The notes beneath the pieces were generated by a model, which searched no databases, had not been told where the DNA came from, and was given only the letters and a program-made list of their open reading frames with translations. Positions 35,052 to 41,029 of a DNA stretch of 41,029 nt are shown here, in pieces (position 1 is the stretch's first letter; every line of letters begins with the position of its first letter). The DNA comes from a virus (Duplodnaviria > Caudoviricetes). Location: positions 1-41,029 of IMG/VR virus record IMGVR_UViG_3300033067_001690. One strand, written 5' to 3'. The position numbers were made by a program, and so were the translations under genes.

Positions 35052-35264
35052 ATGCCGCGCCCCATCAAGTTCCCGACGCCCACCGAGTCACCGGCACCTC
35101 GCGGACCAGGCCGACCACGCCGCCGCACGTACGACGAGATCGTGGCTGCCGGCGAGCTGGACCAGGCGCGACTTGCGCGGCGGTTGAAGCAGGAGCGGGA
35201 ACGGGCGCGGGAGCAACGAGAGGCGAGCCGCCTGCACAAGCGGGCTGACACCAATCGGAGGTAG
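35052..35264 (+). CDS. Small basic protein with AT-hook-like PRGPGRPRRR
   Basis: 70-aa ORF starting 1 nt after the previous stop. Confidence 0.55.
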   Translation: MPRPIKFPTPTESPAPRGPGRPRRRTYDEIVAAGELDQARLARRLKQERERAREQREASRLHKRADTNRR

Positions 35265-35299
35265 ATGCGGATGAAAGCGCCGCTGAAAGAGCGGCAATA

Positions 35300-35356
35300 G
35301 GGCTGGTGGAAGTCCAGCAACGCAAAGGCCGGGGTGCTAGCCCCGGCCCTCAGCCC
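35300..35356 (+). promoter_or_regulatory. Intergenic stem-loop structure
   Basis: GGCCGGGG-TGCTAG-CCCCGGCC inner stem with GGGCTG/CAGCCC outer stem. Confidence 0.55.
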
Positions 35357-35371
35357 CGAAGGGAGTCTCCT

Positions 35372-35638
35372 ATGACCACTCAGACGATACCGCAGACGGC
35401 CGACTTTGACGAGTGGGAAGACTGGACCGCCATCGTCAACGCGCCCGCGGAGCCCACGACCGTCCAGGACGCCTGCTGGCTGCCGGTGGAGCCCAAGCGG
35501 CTGCTCATCACCTTCCAGCCTTGCGGAGATTTTGTCCTGATGCTGGACCTGCCGGACGGCTTCGATTCGCCTGAGGCGCTGATCGGGAAGCCCCTGGCCT
35601 GCGGCGGATACCTCTGCACGGGGGAGATCGTCCGATGA
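35372..35638 (+). CDS. Hypothetical protein (88 aa)
   Basis: ATG 35372 after GGGAG. Confidence 0.6.
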   Translation: MTTQTIPQTADFDEWEDWTAIVNAPAEPTTVQDACWLPVEPKRLLITFQPCGDFVLMLDLPDGFDSPEALIGKPLACGGYLCTGEIVR

Positions 35639-35949
35639 GCTGGGCCGTGTACGACGTGAACCGCGAACAGGGCGAGCGCGACCGTGAAAGCGCCGAGGTC
35701 GCGTGGGAACAGTCCATCGATTACGAGGCCATCGCCCAGGAGCTTGCCGCCGAAATCTGCGACACCCACCCATCGCTCCGGTCGGGCGAAAGCCGGCTGA
35801 TGGGTGCGCTGCAGCGCTTCTTCGACACGTTCCAGGGAGTGGACGACGTGGCCAAGGCCGGCGTCGAGCTGGGCGTGTCCAAGCCGTTCGATGATGACTT
35901 CGTGGCCTGTTGGGTCCGCGACAACGTGAGCGGGTGCGACCGTGCCTGA
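35635..35949 (+). CDS. Hypothetical acidic protein
   Basis: ATGA-coupled 104-aa ORF. Confidence 0.65.
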   Translation: MSWAVYDVNREQGERDRESAEVAWEQSIDYEAIAQELAAEICDTHPSLRSGESRLMGALQRFFDTFQGVDDVAKAGVELGVSKPFDDDFVACWVRDNVSGCDRA

Positions 35950-36433
35950 GTACGTCGAACTCGAAGAGGGATTCGTCATCGACGCCGAGACGGGCGAGGT
36001 CATCGACTGCCCCACCGGCGAGGACCCGCTGTTCATGGCGGCGCAGCGCTTCTACGACGCGAAGCAGCAGGCGAAGGAGTGGGGCGCCCGCGCCGGCCTC
36101 TATCAGCAAGTGCTCCTTCGCGGCCAGGAGTCGAAGCGTGCTCAGTACGGCCCCGTGGTCATCAGCACGCGGCGCGACTTCTACACGAGCTTCGACGCCG
36201 AGGGCTTCCGCCAGTGGGCAGAGAACGAGGAGCTGCCGGCGCAGGCCTGGCGGGCGTTCGCGCTCGCGGCCAAGGGCTTCGATCGCGGGCTCATCCCGGA
36301 TGAGGACCTGCGGGGGCTGATCGAAGACTACTTCGAACAGAAGGAGAAGGCCCCGTTCGCGATGGCCTCCCCCGTCACCCAGCGGGCGCCGGCCATTCGC
36401 CACGTCGAGCGCGAGGTTCCCGCCGATGCCTGA
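35942..36433 (+). CDS. Hypothetical recombination-module protein
   Basis: IDAETGEVID motif; upstream of the annealase. Confidence 0.65.
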   Translation: MPEYVELEEGFVIDAETGEVIDCPTGEDPLFMAAQRFYDAKQQAKEWGARAGLYQQVLLRGQESKRAQYGPVVISTRRDFYTSFDAEGFRQWAENEELPAQAWRAFALAAKGFDRGLIPDEDLRGLIEDYFEQKEKAPFAMASPVTQRAPAIRHVEREVPADA

Positions 36434-36689
36434 CCCGATCGCCCCTGTCCAAACCCACGTGACCAGCCTGACCCGCGACACCTTCCGCGCCTACTGGCAC
36501 GGCCCTTCGCGCGAAGTGGCGATGCGCTTCCCCTTCGCGGTGGAGGCGGGGGATCGCGTGGAGCTGCTCGAGCTGGGCAGCCGGGCGGGAAGGAAGCTGC
36601 TCTGCCGCGTGATTGCGGCACCCACCGACGATACGGCCGCAACGCTGGCCATTACCGGGCGCGTGTCGCCCTCAACGAGGAACAGGTAG
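36426..36689 (+). CDS. Hypothetical protein
   Basis: Overlapping start, 87 aa. Confidence 0.55.
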   Translation: MPDPIAPVQTHVTSLTRDTFRAYWHGPSREVAMRFPFAVEAGDRVELLELGSRAGRKLLCRVIAAPTDDTAATLAITGRVSPSTRNR

Positions 36690-37514
36690 ATGGACGCGGA
36701 GAAACAAGCCGAGCTGCTCAAGCCATTCGCTCCGGAGCAGATTCACCAGCTGCCCAAGGGCGGCACAACGCTCGACTACGTGGGGCATGCCGAGGTAACC
36801 CGGCGGCTCCTGCAGGTTGACCCGGAATGGAATTGGGAGCCGATGGCGTTCACGGCGGACGGGCTGCCCTCGATGATCATCGCCGACAACGGCAACCCGA
36901 TCGGGCTCTGGATCAAGCTCACCATCTGCGGCGTGACCCGGCTCGGCTTCGGTTCCTGCCTCGCCAACAAGGGCGAGAGCGAAAAGGAGCTGATCGGGGA
37001 CGCGATCCGGAACGCGGCGATGCGTTTCGGCGTGGCGCTCGATCTTTGGAGCAAGACGCCGATCGAGCAGGATGGGAGCTTCCAGCCGCGGCGGGAGCCC
37101 GGAGGATGGGACAACCATCGCGCTCCCCAGCAAATGGCGCGCCAGGCGTCTCCTGCAGCCCCTGCGGCGGCACGTGCGCCCGGAGGCAATGCCTGCGCCC
37201 TGGCGAACGGCAAACCCAACTGGACCTACTTCTACGGCACAGCGAAGGCCCTGGGATACGACCAGGGCGCGGTGAAGCGATTCGCGGGAGTGGACAGCCT
37301 CGGCGACTGGTCCGCCGATGACCTCCAAGCGCTCCTGCAGCGCATGAGGCGGGCGAACGACCCCGCATCCCAGCTTCCCCCTGCCGATGAGGTTCCGGGC
37401 GACGCATGCGCCTATCCGGGCTGCTACGCCACGGCGACGCGCCTGGTGAACGGGGAACTCTGCTGCGCTGATGACGGCCACGTTCTGCAGCCGGCCGCGG
37501 TAGGTGCGAAATGA
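36690..37514 (+). CDS. Rad52/Sak-like single-strand annealing protein
   Basis: L.KPF..EQI..LPKGG..LDYVGHA.VT.RL..VDP.WNWEP, LWI.LTICGV.R.G.G and KE.IGDA.RNAAMRFGVALDLWSK motifs. Confidence 0.85.
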   Translation: MDAEKQAELLKPFAPEQIHQLPKGGTTLDYVGHAEVTRRLLQVDPEWNWEPMAFTADGLPSMIIADNGNPIGLWIKLTICGVTRLGFGSCLANKGESEKELIGDAIRNAAMRFGVALDLWSKTPIEQDGSFQPRREPGGWDNHRAPQQMARQASPAAPAAARAPGGNACALANGKPNWTYFYGTAKALGYDQGAVKRFAGVDSLGDWSADDLQALLQRMRRANDPASQLPPADEVPGDACAYPGCYATATRLVNGELCCADDGHVLQPAAVGAK

Positions 37515-37807
37515 GGCGCCCTACCTGGCGGCGTCGCGAGCCAAGCGGGGAAGGCTTGCCCCTCGAAGAACTGGTGAGTTGCAACGAAATCCGAATTGCC
37601 GCTGAGCGCGACGCTTCGAACTGGGAGCGCGAACACGGCAACCGCGTCATCGAACGCGAGGCCGCCCTAGCCGCGCTCGACCTGCACCAACGGGCGATCG
37701 CGGAGTGGGTCGCGGCGAAGGAGGCCTACGAGCGAGGCGAGACACATAGCGGCGACCGGCTGATCGATGCCGAATTTGCGCTTCGCCTCCTGGCGCCTGC
37801 CCGATGA
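37511..37807 (+). CDS. Hypothetical protein
   Basis: ATGA-coupled 98-aa ORF. Confidence 0.6.
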   Translation: MRRPTWRRREPSGEGLPLEELVSCNEIRIAAERDASNWEREHGNRVIEREAALAALDLHQRAIAEWVAAKEAYERGETHSGDRLIDAEFALRLLAPAR

Positions 37808-37905
37808 GCGCCCCGCAGATCGCCATCGTGCTGGCCATCCTGGCCGTCGGCATCTACCTGTGCGCCGTCGCCTGTTTCGGAGAGGACGGCCTCTTTCGTG
37901 ACTGA
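37804..37905 (+). CDS. 33-aa single-TM peptide
   Basis: MSAPQIAIVLAILAVGIYLCAVACFGEDGLFRD; ATGA-coupled. Confidence 0.5.
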   Translation: MSAPQIAIVLAILAVGIYLCAVACFGEDGLFRD

Positions 37906-38104
37906 GCGCGACAACCCCCTCCCGCGTATCCGGCGACTCCTCAATTCCGAGGCGCGCCGTGTCGACTGCGGCGACTGCTCAAAGCCCGTGTACCAGTTCG
38001 GCAAGCCGTCCAAGGTCGGCGACGGCAAGGGCGGCTGGATCGAGAGCGTCCCGCGGAAGTACGACGTCGACGGCCGGCTGCATAGCCACGAGGCTGCCTC
38101 ATGA
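37898..38104 (+). CDS. Small zinc-finger-like protein
   Basis: CGDCSKPV...YDVDG..H motif. Confidence 0.6.
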   Translation: MTERDNPLPRIRRLLNSEARRVDCGDCSKPVYQFGKPSKVGDGKGGWIESVPRKYDVDGRLHSHEAAS

Positions 38105-38355
38105 GCGCCCGCACCACGAGGCACGTTCACCACTGGCGGATCGCCGAGTCGGCAGACGTAACCCACCGTTTCCCGGCCGTGTGCAAGCACTGCGGGGCAG
38201 AGAAGGCCTTCGCGGATGAGGACGCGCTCTACATGAGCGGCAACCAGGGCGGACGCTTCGGCGACTCTCGCGGCCAGCACCACCGGCCCATGCGCGAGAT
38301 CGGCATCAACCCCGCCAGTTCGGAGCGTTATCGGACACAGAAGGATGGCGGATGA
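38101..38355 (+). CDS. Small zinc-finger-like protein
   Basis: H.HHW.I........CKHCGAEK.F motif. Confidence 0.65.
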   Translation: MSARTTRHVHHWRIAESADVTHRFPAVCKHCGAEKAFADEDALYMSGNQGGRFGDSRGQHHRPMREIGINPASSERYRTQKDGG

Positions 38356-39146
38356 ATGTGCCGGTACCAGGCTGGCTCATCGATGACTACCTCCTCAGCG
38401 GGAGGCTCAGCCGCGCCGCGATGGCGGCCACCCTCGCCCTTTTCTCCGCCGGCACAGTCCAGGAGGACGACGTGACAAACACCCCGTGCGTGTACCGGAA
38501 GTGGACCCGTGAGCAGTGGGCGAAGCGTGCCGGCTGCGCCCCACGGCAGATCGCAGAGGCCATTTTTCAGCTGGTCAACGCGGGCATTTTGGCCGTCCAT
38601 CCGTCGAAAAAGGTCAACGAAGCGGACGGTTACCGCATCCCACTGGAACGTCCCCGTTCGGCGGTTTCCGCCGATCTAGTTCGGCGGTTTCCGCATGACG
38701 GCCAGATTCCCCGTTCGGCGGTTTCCGCACCCCATGATCATGATGATGATGATCTCTCTACTCTCTCTGATCGATCTCTCGTTTCTTCTCTGAACCAGAT
38801 CCAGTACTCCCGATCAGATCAGATCATCATCATCACGCGCGCGGAGCTTTTTGCCTCCCTCGAAGCGCTTGGGGTCGACAATGCTGACGCGCTGATTGCC
38901 CGCTTCGGCGCCGAGCTGGTGGCCTCCGAGGTCCACGCGTTTTGGGACGCGCTTCCCCCGCCTCGGTGCCGCTACGGCGACCACGGACCGACTGCGGACG
39001 GGCAGCGGATGGAGCCGACCGGCGAGGACTGCGAGCGCTGGGAGTGCCGGCTGGAGGCGAGCATCTGGGAACGCCCCGCGGCCGGTTTCGTGGCGGCGCT
39101 CAAGCAGGCCAAGGCCAAGGCCGACCGACTGGCGGCGCGACGATGA
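38352..39146 (+). CDS. Replication initiator (winged-helix) with internal origin
   Basis: TREQWAKRAGCAPRQIAEAIFQLVNAGIL wHTH followed by an iteron-encoded linker. Confidence 0.75.
   Translation: MNVPVPGWLIDDYLLSGRLSRAAMAATLALFSAGTVQEDDVTNTPCVYRKWTREQWAKRAGCAPRQIAEAIFQLVNAGILAVHPSKKVNEADGYRIPLERPRSAVSADLVRRFPHDGQIPRSAVSAPHDHDDDDLSTLSDRSLVSSLNQIQYSRSDQIIIITRAELFASLEALGVDNADALIARFGAELVASEVHAFWDALPPPRCRYGDHGPTADGQRMEPTGEDCERWECRLEASIWERPAAGFVAALKQAKAKADRLAARR
38656..38835. repeat. Probable replication origin: three 16-bp iterons plus a GATC-rich, lower-GC tract
   Basis: GTTCGGCGGTTTCCGC at 38656, 38679 and 38713; 15-bp inverted repeat TGATGATGATGATCT (38741-38755) / AGATCATCATCATCA (38821-38835). 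Confidence 0.8.
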
Positions 39147-39622
39147 CCGCACCGACCAGGGCGTTACCCGAGGGCACGAGCTACCGCGATGGTGGCTGCG
39201 CGCACCACCCGAGTTGCCTGACCTGCCCGTTTGCCGAATGCGTGCTCGACGTTCCGTTGAGGCTTCAACGAGCCGAGGAGCGGCGCGCCAAGGTCCACGC
39301 CCTCCAGGCATTGGGCAAGCAGTTCCACGAAATTGCCGCGGAGACGGGCATCTCGCTCCGCACCGTTCAGCGTCTGTCGGCTGCGTACGTCCCACAACGG
39401 CGGCGCCGCACGCGAACCGAACGCGAGACCATCTCGGCGCGGCTCAGGCAGGAGCTGCCGAGGCGGTTTCCTCCCGGGACGGAATGGCCCTCGGGTGCGG
39501 CCAAAGCGTTGGCGGCAGAGTTCGACTGTCCGCAATCGCTGGTGAGCGCGATCCGGGCAGAGCTGGGGCTAACGGCCAGTCTCGACGCGCACCTCCGCCG
39601 CTTTGCGAGGTTGGCGCGATGA
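39143..39622 (+). CDS. Cys4 plus HTH regulator (159 aa)
   Basis: YRDGGCAHHPSCLTCPFAEC, then GKQFHEIAAETGISLRTVQRL HTH and a second HTH-like segment. Confidence 0.75.
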   Translation: MTAPTRALPEGTSYRDGGCAHHPSCLTCPFAECVLDVPLRLQRAEERRAKVHALQALGKQFHEIAAETGISLRTVQRLSAAYVPQRRRRTRTERETISARLRQELPRRFPPGTEWPSGAAKALAAEFDCPQSLVSAIRAELGLTASLDAHLRRFARLAR

Positions 39623-39822
39623 GCGCGGCCTGCGTAGTCGCCTCCTGCCTCGGCTGCACCGGCCGCTACTGCCGGTACGACACGCGCCGGTACCCGGTCG
39701 ACCTGAGCGGGCGCCAGGCGGTGGACAACCTGGACCGCAAGGGCATGCCTCCGGAGCAGATCGCCGTCGAAATGGGGCTGCCGCTGAGCGCGGTCATGCG
39801 CCGCCTGGAGCGGATTCGATGA
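39619..39822 (+). CDS. Cys4 plus HTH regulator, short paralog (67 aa)
   Basis: CVVASCLGCTGRYCRYD, then GMPPEQIAVEMGLPLSAVMRRL. Confidence 0.7.
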   Translation: MSAACVVASCLGCTGRYCRYDTRRYPVDLSGRQAVDNLDRKGMPPEQIAVEMGLPLSAVMRRLERIR

Positions 39823-40199
39823 ATTGCGGCTTCATGGTCAACGCCAGAGGCGAGCGGTGCGTGCATCCGTACGGGCACAGCGGCCCCTGTCACGCCGACA
39901 CGCGCCAACCGCTTTCCGCTCCCCGGCCAGTACGGCGGGATGAGGCGGCCAAGCGCATCGCGACCCAGCCGATAGGCAGGCTTGCGCGGGCCACGTTCGG
40001 CCAGGTGCTTGCTGCCGCGCCGATTGAGCCGCGCCGAGCAGCACAGCGCCCCCAACCGTGCGAGGAAGAGCGAGTCGAGCTGGTGCCTGTCGAGCGCATT
40101 CAGTGCTCCGGCGACTTCGGCGAGCTTTGCCCGGTCCGAACCACTCACCCGTCCGGCATCTGCCAGTACCACGGCAAACGCGGCGACTTCGCCGAGTAA
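39819..40199 (+). CDS. Cys/His-rich hypothetical protein (126 aa)
   Basis: CG.......RCVHPYGHSGPCH and QCSG.....C.......CQYH motifs; ATGA-coupled. Confidence 0.6.
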   Translation: MNCGFMVNARGERCVHPYGHSGPCHADTRQPLSAPRPVRRDEAAKRIATQPIGRLARATFGQVLAAAPIEPRRAAQRPQPCEEERVELVPVERIQCSGDFGELCPVRTTHPSGICQYHGKRGDFAE

Positions 40200-40250
40200 G
40201 CATCCGAGCCGGCGGCACCGGCACAACCACGCACACCCAAGGAGAACACC

Positions 40251-40583
40251 ATGGAACTCTCGAACTTTCGCCACGGCGACGTCGCCCTTTTCGGCATCGC
40301 CCAACTCCCGCCCGACGCCGTCCGCGTCGACACAGAGGGCGACATCATCCTTGCCCTGGGCGAAGTCACGGGCCACGCCCACCGGATCAAGCAGTCGCGC
40401 CGCGTGAGCCTCTGGCAGGCAGCCGGACAGCGCTACGTCACGGTGGAGGCCGATCCGGACGGCGGGGAGGCTGCGGCTCTCGACCACGAGGACCATGGCC
40501 ACATCCCGATCGTGACGGGCACCTACCTTGTGCAGATTCAGCGCGTTTACGCACCGGAAGGCGTCCGACCGGTGGCCGATTAG
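40251..40583 (+). CDS. His-rich beta protein, conserved partner of DUF6745-like genes
   Basis: RHGDV, ILALGEVTGHAHRI, LDHEDH..I..G.Y.V.IQR.Y.P...R.VAD; RBS AAGGAG. Confidence 0.8.
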   Translation: MELSNFRHGDVALFGIAQLPPDAVRVDTEGDIILALGEVTGHAHRIKQSRRVSLWQAAGQRYVTVEADPDGGEAAALDHEDHGHIPIVTGTYLVQIQRVYAPEGVRPVAD

Positions 40584-41029
40584 GTGGCAGCGCCAGCCGT
40601 CCGCAAGCAGCGCATCGAGAAGCTGACCCCCGAACAGGAGGCGCGCTTCGGCGAAGTCCGCGACAAGTGGCTGGCCAGGGGGCTGGCCACCGGACCGATC
40701 GACCGGCAGACGGCGAGGGCGGCAGTGGATGCCGCCTATCGCTGCGCCGGGCTTGAACCGCCGCCCATCCTCGTTTTTCTGGACTCGCCAATAGCCGGCG
40801 CCGTCGGCGCCGGCTTCGTGAAATGGGGATTCAGGGCTCAGGTCGGGGATCAGGTCGGGGATCAGGTCGGGGATCAGGTCGGGGATCAGGTCAGGGATCA
40901 GGTCTGGGCTCAGGTCTGGGCTCAGGTCTGGGCTCAGGTCAGGGATCAGGTCTGGGATCAGGTCGGGGATCAGGTCTGGGCTCAGGTCGGGGATCAGGTC
41001 GGGGATCAGGTCAGGGATCAGGTCAGGGC
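40584..41029 (+). CDS. N-terminal part of the DUF6745-like protein (continues at 61-775 through the junction)
   Basis: GTG right after the partner's stop; IEKLTPEQEARF...RDKW...GL.TGP.DR..A..AV..AY..AGL.PP....LDSP, then the repeat. Confidence 0.8.
   Translation, partial: MAAPAVRKQRIEKLTPEQEARFGEVRDKWLARGLATGPIDRQTARAAVDAAYRCAGLEPPPILVFLDSPIAGAVGAGFVKWGFRAQVGDQVGDQVGDQVGDQVRDQVWAQVWAQVWAQVRDQVWDQVGDQVWAQVGDQVGDQVRDQVR
40836..41029 (+). repeat. 5' part of the 12-bp coding tandem repeat
   Basis: 16 full units from 40836 to 41027 read directly. Confidence 0.97.

Noticed and set aside
34880-36481. 533-aa minus-strand ORF
   Set aside because: Overlaps a chain of coupled + strand early genes with RBSs; low-complexity Arg/Pro translation.
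40224-40231. ACAACCAC repeated at 811-818, flanking the DUF6745-like module as a possible insertion scar
   Set aside because: Only 8 bp, and both copies lie in A/C-rich translation initiation regions; chance or RBS context is sufficient.
40836-41029. Repeat array as a CRISPR array or DGR template/variable repeat
   Set aside because: Units are contiguous 12-mers with no spacers, lie in frame in a CDS, and no cas or reverse transcriptase gene is present.

Overview
This window looks like a complete, circularly assembled, GC-rich temperate dsDNA phage genome of about 40,969 bp. Bases 1-60 are identical to 40970-41029, and one gene reads in frame across the join. The order on the + strand is: RusA and DNA-binding genes, terminase small and large subunits, portal, a block of three large probable ejection (internal virion) proteins bracketed by two paralogous Com-like zinc ribbons, a structured promoter/leader, scaffold, P22-type major capsid, decoration and short-tail genes (LamG, SGNH esterase, large modular tail protein), and a lysis cassette with a GH25 muramidase. 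Next is a leftward lysogeny module: tyrosine integrase, attP (the 3' half of a CAT-anticodon tRNA), three membrane/secreted genes and an XRE repressor. A rightward early region follows, with an RHH cro-like gene, a Rad52-like annealase, a replication initiator with internal iterons, Cys-HTH regulators and a DUF6745-like two-gene module. The absence of a tape measure, tail tube or sheath gene suggests a podovirus-like virion, and the host is probably a monoderm high-GC bacterium (Dehalococcoidia-like Chloroflexota or an actinobacterium); both points are inference. The most interesting unexplained signals are: (1) a possible integration-dependent integrase switch built on the tRNA-derived attP; (2) a 20-unit, 12-bp coding repeat with only non-synonymous 2x3-state variation; (3) two Com-like paralogs plus a structured, terminator-containing late leader; (4) a shared GGLL/NGLL/SGLL motif in all three ejection proteins; (5) a 13-aa Cys/Lys micropeptide with a perfect 12-nt Shine-Dalgarno. 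All family calls come from motif recognition by eye, not from database searches.
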